Below, in pieces: positions 9,162 through 18,620 of a DNA stretch of 64,000 nt. The stretch is taken from the IMG/VR virus record IMGVR_UViG_3300042539_000942, one strand, 5' to 3'. The translations under genes were made by a program, and so were the position numbers. How positions within the stretch are numbered: position 1 is the stretch's first letter; each line of letters begins with the position of its first letter. Origin of the DNA: an uncultured virus (IMG/VR IMGVR_UViG_3300042539_000942). Taxonomy: Duplodnaviria; Heunggongvirae; Uroviricota; Caudoviricetes. The notes beneath the pieces were generated by a model. That model saw only the letters and a list, made by a program, of their open reading frames with translations. It searched no databases and was not told the DNA's origin.

Positions 9162-11423
9162 ATGGCTAACATCGGATTAGTATCTCCAGGGGTAAAAGTT
9201 AATGAGGTTGATTTAACTAGAGGTGGTATTACTGACACTGTAGATAATGTTGGTGTAATTGCTATTCCTTCGGCAAGAGGACCAGTACAAAAAATTTATG
9301 AAGTTAACACAGAAGATGATCTGGTAAATTATTTTGGTACTCCTAGAGAAGAAAACGACGAATATGCATATTGGTTAACTGCTTCTAGTTTTCTTTCTTA
9401 TGGTGGAAGACTGAAGGTTGTTCGTTGTGATGATTCATCTTTAAGAAATTCCAATGTTAGATCTGGAGCTGGTACTTCGGTTCTTTCGTCTTTGAAAATT
9501 AAAAATAATGACGATTTTAATGATAATTATACTACAGCAACAACTTGGTTTGTTGCTGCAAAAAACCCAGGTACATGGGCAAATAATTTAAAAGTTTGCG
9601 TAATTGATAATGCTGCTGATCAGATTCTGAATGTTGGATCCGCAGTTACTACAATGTTTGCTTCTGGAGCAATTAAAGTAGGATACGGTATCACACAATC
9701 ATTTACTGATAAGTCTGTTCCTAAGATTGGTAAAAAGCAAATTATTAATGGTTATCTGCAGGGAGTCATCACTGGTATCGGATATAGTACAATCAATGTA
9801 AAAGTTACCAACTGGACTGATAGAGAAGGAAACATTTATCCAATTCCAAACCCACCAGGAACCAAGAATCAAAGATCTTACGGAGCGACTTATAAGTTTA
9901 GCGTAGGAATCGGTTCAACAAATAAACCAGCAAATGGAATTTCAATTGTTGGTGCCGCATCAAGTGCAGAAAATCCAGCTGCTGGACTTGTAACTTTTGG
10001 AACTGTTTACTCAGCACTCGACTGGTATTCAGAGCAAAAATTAGGATTAAAGAACATTGATGAATACTGGTCTAAGTATGCATCAAGACCAGTTACTAGT
10101 AAATTCTCTTATGATCGTGCAGGTGGAAATGATCTTATGCACATTCTTGTGATTGACGATGGTGGTTCAATCACTGGTAATGTTGGAACAATCTTAGAGA
10201 AGTACTTAAACGTAAGTAAGGCAAAAGATTCCAAAACAAGTCTTGGAAAACCAAATTATTATGTCGATGTTATTAATCAAAGTTCAAAATATCTGTTTGC
10301 AGCAGGAACTTTAACTGGTGCTCAATCAAACTTCCAAGGAACTCTGAGAGAGACTATCGAATCTGATAGAGATCAGTCTTTAGCATTTACTCCTGTTGGT
10401 ATTTCTTCTGGATCATGGCAACAAAACACTCAGGGCACCTATTTTGGTGTTGTTGGCAATAAGTCAATGACATTGAATGGTGGAGTTGGATATGGAGCAA
10501 CTGTTGATCTTGCTGGAATTGTAACCGCATACTCACTATTAACCAGTGCTCCAGATGAACAGATTAACTTTATTCTTGGTGGACCTGGAATGGGTGGAAC
10601 AAGTTATTCTGACATCATTCTCAACTCTCAGGCAAAAGCAAATCTTCTGATTGACATTGCCGAAGAAAGAAAGGATTGTATTGTTGTAATTTCTCCTCCT
10701 AAGGACTGCTATTTTAACGCAGAATCTAACGATAAGATTACTAATAACATTACAGAATTCTTCGAAGACGTAGATTCTTCATCTTATGCGGTATTTGATA
10801 GTGGTCTTAAGTACATGTTCGATAAGTACAATAACAAGTACCGCTATGTTCCTTGCAATGGTGACGTTGCTGGTATTATGGCAAGAACGGTCAAAGATAA
10901 TTTTGTTTGGTTCTCACCAGCTGGACCACAAAGAGGTGTTCTAAGAAATGTCGTAAGACTTCAGTATAGCCCAAATCAATTGCAGAGAGATACTCTCTAT
11001 TCTAATAGAATTAATCCAATCATCACAAACTCTGGTCAAGGAACAATTCTCTTTGGTGATAAAACTGCGTTATCTTATCCAAGTGCCTTTGATAGAATCA
11101 ATGTTAGAAGACTTTTCCTTCTGCTTGAGGACAGAATTGAGAGATTTGCTAGAGATCAACTCTTCGAATTCAATGATGAAGTTACAAGAGCTAACTTCAG
11201 AAACGTAGTTGAACCATATCTTCGTGATGTTCAAGCAAAGAGAGGCATTCAGGACTTTGTTGTTATTTGTGATGATAGCAATAATACTCCAGAAGTGATT
11301 GATGCTAATGAGTTTAGAGCTGACATCTTTATCAAACCAGCTCGTAGTATTAACTTCATTGGTCTGAACTTCGTTGCTACGAGAACTGGAGTTTCCTTCT
11401 CCGAAGTTGTCGGAACTGTTTGA
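9162..11423 (+). CDS. gp18: Tail sheath protein gp18
   Basis: SPGVKVNEVD, WFSPAG..RG, FDRINVRRLF and KPARSINFI motifs. Confidence 0.96.
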   Translation: MANIGLVSPGVKVNEVDLTRGGITDTVDNVGVIAIPSARGPVQKIYEVNTEDDLVNYFGTPREENDEYAYWLTASSFLSYGGRLKVVRCDDSSLRNSNVRSGAGTSVLSSLKIKNNDDFNDNYTTATTWFVAAKNPGTWANNLKVCVIDNAADQILNVGSAVTTMFASGAIKVGYGITQSFTDKSVPKIGKKQIINGYLQGVITGIGYSTINVKVTNWTDREGNIYPIPNPPGTKNQRSYGATYKFSVGIGSTNKPANGISIVGAASSAENPAAGLVTFGTVYSALDWYSEQKLGLKNIDEYWSKYASRPVTSKFSYDRAGGNDLMHILVIDDGGSITGNVGTILEKYLNVSKAKDSKTSLGKPNYYVDVINQSSKYLFAAGTLTGAQSNFQGTLRETIESDRDQSLAFTPVGISSGSWQQNTQGTYFGVVGNKSMTLNGGVGYGATVDLAGIVTAYSLLTSAPDEQINFILGGPGMGGTSYSDIILNSQAKANLLIDIAEERKDCIVVISPPKDCYFNAESNDKITNNITEFFEDVDSSSYAVFDSGLKYMFDKYNNKYRYVPCNGDVAGIMARTVKDNFVWFSPAGPQRGVLRNVVRLQYSPNQLQRDTLYSNRINPIITNSGQGTILFGDKTALSYPSAFDRINVRRLFLLLEDRIERFARDQLFEFNDEVTRANFRNVVEPYLRDVQAKRGIQDFVVICDDSNNTPEVIDANEFRADIFIKPARSINFIGLNFVATRTGVSFSEVVGTV

Positions 11424-11457
11424 TCTACTAAATTCTTAAAGTTAAGGAGTTAAAAAA

Positions 11458-12057
11458 ATGGCAATCACTTTTAGAGAAAGAACAATTGATGACTTTAAAG
11501 GAAAATTAGTTGGTGGTGGTGCTAGGTCTAATTTATTCGAAGTAGAACTTCCAATCATTGAAGGCACTGCATCTGGAAAGTCAACTAAAGAAGTTGAAGA
11601 ACTGATGAGATTTATGATTAAGGCAACTTCACTTCCTGCATCAACTGTTGCTTCAGTTCCAGTTCCTTTTAGAGGAAGACAGTTGCATGTTGCTGGAGAC
11701 AGAACTTTTGATGATTGGTCAGTAACTGTCATCAATGACACTGACTTCTCTATTCGTTCGTCTCTGGAAAGATGGATGAATTTAATCAACAAGCATGAAG
11801 ATGCATCTGGTTTAACGAATCCAACTGATTATCAGAAAAATGCTACCGTTTATCAACTCGGTAGAGGACAGAATTCAACTGGTGATGGAAACATTCCTGT
11901 TCTGAGACAGTATAAATTCTACGGAATTTGGCCTACTGCAATTGATGCAATTCCTCTTGATTATGGTGCTGATAACCAAATTCAGGAATTTAATGTAACC
12001 TTCAAAGTTCACTGGTGGGATGCTCTCAAATCTGATAACGCTTCTGACCTTACTTAA
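11458..12057 (+). CDS. gp19: Tail tube protein gp19
   Basis: GGGARSNLFEV and FRGRQLHVAGDRTFDDW motifs. Confidence 0.95.
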   Translation: MAITFRERTIDDFKGKLVGGGARSNLFEVELPIIEGTASGKSTKEVEELMRFMIKATSLPASTVASVPVPFRGRQLHVAGDRTFDDWSVTVINDTDFSIRSSLERWMNLINKHEDASGLTNPTDYQKNATVYQLGRGQNSTGDGNIPVLRQYKFYGIWPTAIDAIPLDYGADNQIQEFNVTFKVHWWDALKSDNASDLT

Positions 12058-12061
12058 TTCC

Positions 12062-12069
12062 TATAAATA
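12062..12069 (+). promoter_or_regulatory. T4-type late promoter upstream of gp20
   Basis: TATAAATA. Confidence 0.8.
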
Positions 12070-12094
12070 AGGTATAGCAGTTTAAATCTATAAA

Positions 12095-13795
12095 ATGGCA
12101 TCTCTGTTTGGTTTTTCTATTGACGATTCATATAAGAAAAAAAGCAAAGGAGTAGTCTCTCCAGTCCCCGAAAACAATGAGGACGGAGCAGACTACTTTT
12201 TGTCTAGTGGTTTCTATGGTCAATATCTTGATATTGAAGGTGTTTATAAAACTGAATATGATTTAATTCGTAGATACAGAGAAATGGCATTGCACCCAGA
12301 AGTTGATGGTGCAATCGAGGACATTATTAGTGAAGCAATTGTATCGGATTTGAATGATTCTCCAGTTCAAGTTGAACTTTCAAATTTGAACGTAAGTGAT
12401 AAATTAAAGGAAGTTATTCGTACTGAATTTCAATACATCAAAGATTTGATGGACTTTGATAAAAAGGCACATGAAATCTTTAGAAATTGGTATGTAGATG
12501 GAAGAGTTTATTATCATAAAGTTATTGATTTAGAGAATCCTCAAGAAGGAATTAAAGAATTACGTTACATTGATGCTTTAAAAATTAAATTTGTTCGTGA
12601 GCAGAAAAAGGAAAGCAATAACGTCAATCAACTTCCTGCCTCCGTATTATCAACAAATACTAGATCATACGAATTTCCTGGAATTGAAGAATATTTTGTA
12701 TTCAATCCCAATACATCAAGCAATACCAGAAACATTAGTGGTATACAAATGGGTCTTCAACAAAGAGACTCTATTAAAATTGCAAGAGATGCAATTGCAT
12801 ACTGCACATCTGGTCTTGTAGACAGAAATAAGTACACGGTTTTATCTTATTTACATAAAGCAATTAAAGCACTCAATCAACTTCGTATGATCGAAGATGC
12901 TTTGGTTATCTATAGACTCTCTCGTGCTCCAGAAAGAAGAATTTTTTACATTGATGTTGGTAATCTTCCTAAGGTAAAAGCAGAACAATACCTTCGTGAA
13001 GTCATGTCAAGGTATCGCAATAAACTCAGTTATGATGCCGCAACTGGTGAAATTCGTGATGATAAGCGTTACATGAGTATGCTTGAAGATTTCTGGCTTC
13101 CTCGCCGTGAAGGTGGTAGAGGAACTGAAATTACCACTCTTCCTGGTGGTCAGAATCTTGGAGAACTAACTGACGTTGAATACTTCCAGAAAAAACTTTA
13201 TCGTGCTCTTGGAGTTCCAGAATCAAGATTAAATTCATCTGATGGTTTTAATCTTGGTCGTTCTTCAGACATTCTGAGAGATGAACTGAAATTCAGTAAG
13301 TTTGTTGGAAGAATGAGAAAGAGATTTAGTAATCTCTTTCATGATATTCTCCGTTCGCAATTAATTCTTAAGAATGTTGTAACTCCAGAAGAATGGGATC
13401 TCATGAGTGATCACATTCAATATAATTATCTTTATGATAATCATTTTGCTGAACTCAAAAATGTTGAGATCATGCAAGAGCGTATGGGTGTTCTTGCTGC
13501 TGTAGATCCTTATGTTGGAAAGTACTTCTCTCTGAAGTATGTAAGACAAAATGTTCTCAGGCAAACTGATAGTGAAATGTTGGAGATTGATGCTGACATT
13601 AATTCCGAAAGAGAAGCAGGATTGATTCCTCCAACTGAGACAGAAATGATGCAAATGCAATTGGATCAGCAAGCAGCAGAAATGGGTCAACAACCTTCTG
13701 GTGGTGCAATGGGTCAAATTCCACAAGATCCTGGAATTTCTGATGCTAAAACAGGAACAGAAGCACCATCAATTCCCAAAGGTGGAACAATCTAA
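12095..13795 (+). CDS. gp20: Portal protein gp20
   Basis: YRLSRAPERRIFYIDVGNLPK and EDFWLPRREGGRGTEITTLPGG motifs. Confidence 0.97.
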   Translation: MASLFGFSIDDSYKKKSKGVVSPVPENNEDGADYFLSSGFYGQYLDIEGVYKTEYDLIRRYREMALHPEVDGAIEDIISEAIVSDLNDSPVQVELSNLNVSDKLKEVIRTEFQYIKDLMDFDKKAHEIFRNWYVDGRVYYHKVIDLENPQEGIKELRYIDALKIKFVREQKKESNNVNQLPASVLSTNTRSYEFPGIEEYFVFNPNTSSNTRNISGIQMGLQQRDSIKIARDAIAYCTSGLVDRNKYTVLSYLHKAIKALNQLRMIEDALVIYRLSRAPERRIFYIDVGNLPKVKAEQYLREVMSRYRNKLSYDAATGEIRDDKRYMSMLEDFWLPRREGGRGTEITTLPGGQNLGELTDVEYFQKKLYRALGVPESRLNSSDGFNLGRSSDILRDELKFSKFVGRMRKRFSNLFHDILRSQLILKNVVTPEEWDLMSDHIQYNYLYDNHFAELKNVEIMQERMGVLAAVDPYVGKYFSLKYVRQNVLRQTDSEMLEIDADINSEREAGLIPPTETEMMQMQLDQQAAEMGQQPSGGAMGQIPQDPGISDAKTGTEAPSIPKGGTI

Positions 13796-13824
13796 TAAAT
13801 AGAGTAGTTATTTAATTGATTCTT

Positions 13825-14019
13825 ATGGACGAATTAATGGATTTGATTATTGGTGGCGAATCGGCAGAAGCAAGTGATAAAATTAAAGAGGTTCTTTTTG
13901 CGAAAGCAGCAGAAAGAATTGAACTTGCTCGTCCAATTGTAGCAAATTCAATGTTTGGAAACACCGATTACTCCGTTTATGAACAAGAAGTAGAAGAGTT
14001 TGAAAACGATGAGGATTGA
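13825..14019 (+). CDS. Small acidic prohead core-like protein (gp67-like position)
   Basis: Small acidic ORF directly after the portal gene, preceded by ATAAATA. Confidence 0.6.
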   Translation: MDELMDLIIGGESAEASDKIKEVLFAKAAERIELARPIVANSMFGNTDYSVYEQEVEEFENDED

Positions 14020-14022
14020 TAG

Positions 14023-14877
14023 GTGTCCGATCTATCAGATTTTTTTCAATCAATAAGTGTAGCAAAAAGACAACAAAAAGAAGAACTTGAATCTATTTTA
14101 GGTTCTTCTTTTTTAGATGATTTGTGCGAAACTGTTATAGTAGATTTAAAGACTACTAAAAAAAAAGAAAAAGAACAAAAAGAAAAACTAGAAGTTTTTG
14201 AACATTTAGTTGAAGAAATTGTAGAAAAAATTTCTGATGATCAGGAAGAAGAATTAATAGTAGAAGAACTTGAAGAAGAACCAGAACTGGTAGAACAATC
14301 TTTAGGTCTTCTCGCAGAACCATCTGAGGTTAAACAACAAAAAGATCCTCTTACTCCACTCAATCAAAACTTTGCAACACTTGAAGATCTCAATAAGCAT
14401 TATAATCTTTTAGTTAATAGAATTCAACAACAACTTTCCACATTAGGTGGTGGCGGTGAAACTCAATTAAGATACTTGGATGATGTTGTAGGTATTGCAA
14501 CTAATTCTGGTGCATATAATGGAAAATATTTGCAATGGAACTCTACGACAAATAGAGCAGAATTTACCGATCCAAGTGACTCAGAAAACACCACGGTAGT
14601 TTTTGTTACTGGTATTACTACATATTATCAGGCAACAAATACTGATGATTATATTGGTGTAAACGCGAATGTTCCCGTAGAAATTAGATTGCCATCATCT
14701 CCTATTATTGGTAAAAAAATTACTGTAAAGGATGAGGGCAATAAGATATCTACATATAACATCACAGTCACAGTAGGTGCTGGAGTAAGTGTCGAAAACG
14801 ATAATTCAGTTGTGATGAAAATAAATCATCAAAGTTTTACTTATTTTTACAACGGTTCTAACTGGTTTTTAGTATAA
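14023..14877 (+). CDS. Hypothetical protein with acidic N-terminus and fibre-like C-terminal domain (GTG start)
   Basis: GGGGETQLRYLDDV motif, then a DDYIGVN..LP..GKKITVKDE beta domain typical of phage fibre or decoration proteins. Confidence 0.6.
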   Translation: MSDLSDFFQSISVAKRQQKEELESILGSSFLDDLCETVIVDLKTTKKKEKEQKEKLEVFEHLVEEIVEKISDDQEEELIVEELEEEPELVEQSLGLLAEPSEVKQQKDPLTPLNQNFATLEDLNKHYNLLVNRIQQQLSTLGGGGETQLRYLDDVVGIATNSGAYNGKYLQWNSTTNRAEFTDPSDSENTTVVFVTGITTYYQATNTDDYIGVNANVPVEIRLPSSPIIGKKITVKDEGNKISTYNITVTVGAGVSVENDNSVVMKINHQSFTYFYNGSNWFLV

Positions 14878-16205
14878 TGTCATACAATCCCCTTCCCCAA
14901 CCTGCATCTATAGGATTTGGAACATTTGGTTCTACTGGTATCGTAACAGTTACCAATGTTCATCCTCTTCCAACTTACCTAGAAAACATTGAAGTATCAA
15001 GTAAAGGAAGACTTAAGGTAACTACTCCAGAAACTATTTTCTTTAATACATTTCAATATGGAATTGAGACTGATGTATGGGATACTAGAGTTAGTGTTGG
15101 TGGAACAGCAGTTTGGGATTATATTATAAGTGGTGTTGGAATGTCTGTGACTTCTTCTGCAGGTTCAGAAGTCATTCGTCAAACTAAAAATGTGATGAGA
15201 TACATTCCTGGAAGACCAGCAGAAATTGCTTTTGCTGTCAGATTAGAACAACCAAAATCGGGTGTCCGTAGAAGATTTGGTTTATTTGATGGACAAGATG
15301 GGTTTTATTTTGAAGATGATGGTGGGGATTATGCATGTGTCATGATTAATAGTAATGGTCCAAGTGGCATTATTACTGAAAGATACTCTCGTTCTCAATG
15401 GAATGGGGATAAGTTAGATGGTAATGGACCAAGTGGTATTGTTGCTTCTCCCTCCGCACAGCAAATGATTGTTATGGAGTATGAGTGGTATGGCGCAGGA
15501 CAGATTAAATTTCACTATGAAATAAATGGAAAAGTACATACCATTCATACAATCAATACAGGAAACAGACTTCCTTATCCTTGGTCTAAAACTCCTTTTC
15601 TTCCAATTCGTTTAGAAATTAAAAACACTACAGGGGTTTCTACTGGTCCTCATTATTTGTATCAAGGTTCTAATTCTTTAGTTTCCGAAGGATTTACTGA
15701 AAAGTTAGGCATTGCACAGAATGTTGGAACTGCAGTGACTGGTAGAATTTTACCAGTAGCACAAACGTATTATCCACTCATTTCAATTCGTCTAAAATCC
15801 ACAGCACTTACAGGTATTGTTCTTCCAACATTCTTCCAAGCAGCAAGTTTGTATCAAGCAAGTCCAAGTCAAAATGCGACAGTTATTAGTTTAGGATATA
15901 AACTTATCCGAAATGCAAATTTGACTGGTGGAGCTTGGGTTGATATGCCAGATGAAAATGCTTTTACACAATACAATAGAACTGCTACTGGAATTGGAAC
16001 TGCAGGTATTGATTTGGATAGTGGATTTATCATCGGAGGAAATAGTGGTAGTGGCATTCGTTTAGATAAGGATACTGTCTATCAAATTGGTAGAAGTGGC
16101 ATTGGAACAATTAGCGATACTCTCACTCTTGCAGTTGCAGTTTTGGATAGTGGTGTAACAAATGCAGTTGCTTATGGTGCGATGACTTGGATTGAGCAAA
16201 GATAA
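14877..16205 (+). CDS. Hypothetical virion structural protein (beta-sandwich, lectin-like)
   Basis: 442 aa Gly/Thr-rich ORF with RRRFGLFD and YEWYGAG motifs. Confidence 0.6.
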   Translation: MSYNPLPQPASIGFGTFGSTGIVTVTNVHPLPTYLENIEVSSKGRLKVTTPETIFFNTFQYGIETDVWDTRVSVGGTAVWDYIISGVGMSVTSSAGSEVIRQTKNVMRYIPGRPAEIAFAVRLEQPKSGVRRRFGLFDGQDGFYFEDDGGDYACVMINSNGPSGIITERYSRSQWNGDKLDGNGPSGIVASPSAQQMIVMEYEWYGAGQIKFHYEINGKVHTIHTINTGNRLPYPWSKTPFLPIRLEIKNTTGVSTGPHYLYQGSNSLVSEGFTEKLGIAQNVGTAVTGRILPVAQTYYPLISIRLKSTALTGIVLPTFFQAASLYQASPSQNATVISLGYKLIRNANLTGGAWVDMPDENAFTQYNRTATGIGTAGIDLDSGFIIGGNSGSGIRLDKDTVYQIGRSGIGTISDTLTLAVAVLDSGVTNAVAYGAMTWIEQR

Positions 16206-16239
16206 AATACTAAATAACATATAAAAGGTATTAATAGCA

Positions 16240-16761
16240 ATGTCGGTTTTAAAAATTGTTCAAAGTGTGAATACATTGGCTGTTACTGGAACAGCTGCAA
16301 CAACAAATGGAATTACACTGCAAAGTGGAATTTTGAGAGTTTCTGCGGCATCTACTGGTTGCCACATTCAAATTGGAGAAACTCCAGTTGCAACTACAAA
16401 TGGTTTTTATGTAAGTCCAAATCAACCAGAATTGATTAAAGAAAGAGTTGCAAGACAGAGAATTGGGTCTACAACTACTGGAGCAACTACATTAATTACT
16501 TTTGAAGAAAATGCTGGTAATCCATTTGTAGTTGGTGATTATGTAACCATTGAGAATACAAGTGCTGCAGGATTTAACACATCACACAATCAAGTAACTG
16601 CTGCTACTGACAATTCAATTACTATCGCATTTAATAGTGCATCAATTACAGGAATTGGTATTACAAATGCAACTGTAGCAAGAAGCGTAAGAATTTCCGC
16701 AATTGCTGCAGGCACTGCAACGAATCTTCACGTTTCAGAAGTTCAAATTGCAGGTGGTTAA
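16240..16761 (+). CDS. Hypothetical Thr/Ala-rich structural protein
   Basis: 173 aa ORF after a TAAATA element, in the head module. Confidence 0.65.
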   Translation: MSVLKIVQSVNTLAVTGTAATTNGITLQSGILRVSAASTGCHIQIGETPVATTNGFYVSPNQPELIKERVARQRIGSTTTGATTLITFEENAGNPFVVGDYVTIENTSAAGFNTSHNQVTAATDNSITIAFNSASITGIGITNATVARSVRISAIAAGTATNLHVSEVQIAGG

Positions 16762-16799
16762 ATACATAAATAAAACATATTGAGCTGGCGGAAAAAACA

Positions 16800-17453
16800 A
16801 TTAAACTAATCACAGAAGAAATTGAAAATGTAGAAGTTATCGTTGAGAATCGCAACGGTAAAAAATCCTTGTACATTGAAGGAGTTTTTCTTCAAGGAAA
16901 CATTTGCAACCGTAATGGTAGAATGTATCCTATGAATGTATTGTCCCGCGAAGTGGGAAGATACAATGAAAACTTTATTCAAAAAGGTCGTGCTTTAGGA
17001 GAACTCGGTCATCCTGATGGTCCTACCGTCAATCTTGACCGTGTTTCTCATAAGATTGTTTCTCTTCGTCAAGAAGGAAACAACTACATTGGAAAAGCAA
17101 AGATTCTCGAATCAACTCCAATGGGTAAAATTGCATCGTCACTTTTAAGTGAAGGTGTAAAACTCGGAGTTTCTTCTCGTGGAGTTGGTTCTCTCAAGCA
17201 AAGCAATGAAGGTTATAGCATGGTAGGAGAGGATTTTACTCTTGCTACTGCTGCTGACATTGTTGCTGACCCATCTGCTCCTGATGCATTCGTATCTGGA
17301 ATTATGGAAGGTAAAGATTGGGTTTGGGATAATGGAATTCTTCGTGAAAGAATTGCAGAGAGAACATATAAAAGAATAAATACATTAGTTGATCAAAAAC
17401 GCTTGGATGAACAGAAATTGAATCTGTTCAATGACTTCCTTGCAAATCTTTAA
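16800..17453 (+). CDS. gp21: Prohead core protease gp21 (apparent ATT start at 16800)
   Basis: ALGELGHP, GVSSRGVGS and DIVADPSAPDA motifs. The usual N-terminus (M)KLITEEIE starts at ATT 16800. Confidence 0.93.
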   Translation: MKLITEEIENVEVIVENRNGKKSLYIEGVFLQGNICNRNGRMYPMNVLSREVGRYNENFIQKGRALGELGHPDGPTVNLDRVSHKIVSLRQEGNNYIGKAKILESTPMGKIASSLLSEGVKLGVSSRGVGSLKQSNEGYSMVGEDFTLATAADIVADPSAPDAFVSGIMEGKDWVWDNGILRERIAERTYKRINTLVDQKRLDEQKLNLFNDFLANL

Positions 17454-17455
17454 AT

Positions 17456-17463
17456 TATAAATA
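17456..17463 (+). promoter_or_regulatory. T4-type late promoter upstream of gp22
   Basis: TATAAATA. Confidence 0.8.
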
Positions 17464-17499
17464 AATATAGATTTTAACAGGTAAAATCGGAGAGTTCAA

Positions 17500-18567
17500 A
17501 TGTCCCGTGGTAAAAACTTACAAGAAATGGAAGTAGGCACTGTTCAATCCAAGTCCGCAGTGAATGCATCGGCAAGTGCTCCAGATCCAATGCAGACTAT
17601 GGCTGGTGTTAGTTATGAGGATTTAGGTGGTCCTGATCCATCAAATTACAGACCAGATGACGATTCAGCAAAGCTGAAGGATGCTGGTGCAGGTCTCAAG
17701 AAAGTTTCTCTCGTTGCTGCTAAAAAGGTAGCAAAAGAAGAGTATGAAGAGGTTGAAGAGGAAGCACTTGAAACCGAAGAAGAGTACGAAGAAGTTGAAG
17801 AGGAAGAAGTTTTTGAAGAAGAAGCACTTCCAGAAATCAACGATAATGTTGACATCGAAGATGATGTCAATGCTCTTCTCGTAGGTGAAGAACTTTCCGA
17901 AGGTTTCAAAGATAAAGCAAAAACTATTTTTGAAGCTGCTCTCAAGTCAAAAGTTATTGAGATGAGAGAAGCTTTTGAAGCACATTATGAAGCAAAACTC
18001 GTTGAGGAAGTTGAAGTCCTCAAAGAAGAGTTAATTGAGAGAGTAGATTCTTATCTTGAGTATGTTGCTGATGAATGGTTTAACGAAAATGTTCTGGCAA
18101 TTGAGAAAGGTCTCAAGTCAGAACTTACAGAATCGTTCCTTGATGGACTCAAGGGACTTTTTGAAGAAAATTATGTATCAATCCCTGAAGATAAATATGA
18201 TGTTGTTGAGAATATGGCAAATAAACTTGACGAAATGGAGACAAAACTCAACGAGCAGATTGAGAAAAACATTTTCCTGAACAAGCGTCTCGCAGAGTCG
18301 GTTGCAGATGGAATCCTGTTTGATGTTTCTGAGGGTCTGACGATTACTCAGAAAGAGAAGCTTGCTTCACTTGCCGAAAGTGTTGAGTTTGAGAGTGAAG
18401 AGTCTTATAGAGAGAAGCTTGAAGTATTGAAAGAATCATACTTCCAACAAGCTGCTCCATACAGAAGTGAAACCGAAACCCTTAACGAATCCGCACAACC
18501 TGGCGTAGATTATTCTGACGCAATGAGTGCATACGTTAATGTGCTTTCCAAATCAGTTCAAAAGTGA
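17500..18567 (+). CDS. gp22: Prohead core scaffold protein gp22
   Basis: Acidic coiled-coil with FKDKAKTIFEAA and VDSYLEYVADEW; lies between gp21 and gp23. Confidence 0.93.
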   Translation: MSRGKNLQEMEVGTVQSKSAVNASASAPDPMQTMAGVSYEDLGGPDPSNYRPDDDSAKLKDAGAGLKKVSLVAAKKVAKEEYEEVEEEALETEEEYEEVEEEEVFEEEALPEINDNVDIEDDVNALLVGEELSEGFKDKAKTIFEAALKSKVIEMREAFEAHYEAKLVEEVEVLKEELIERVDSYLEYVADEWFNENVLAIEKGLKSELTESFLDGLKGLFEENYVSIPEDKYDVVENMANKLDEMETKLNEQIEKNIFLNKRLAESVADGILFDVSEGLTITQKEKLASLAESVEFESEESYREKLEVLKESYFQQAAPYRSETETLNESAQPGVDYSDAMSAYVNVLSKSVQK

Positions 18568-18620
18568 TTTAAATATTATAAATCGTAAACACCCAAAACA
18601 CAAAAAAGAGGTAAACGCAA

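Noticed and set aside
16869..16871. TTG start proposed by the ORF track for gp21
   Set aside because: It would remove the conserved KLITEE N-terminus; ATT 16800 fits better.
17735..17830. GAA-rich quasi-repeat
   Set aside because: It is the ordinary acidic low-complexity linker of scaffold gp22.
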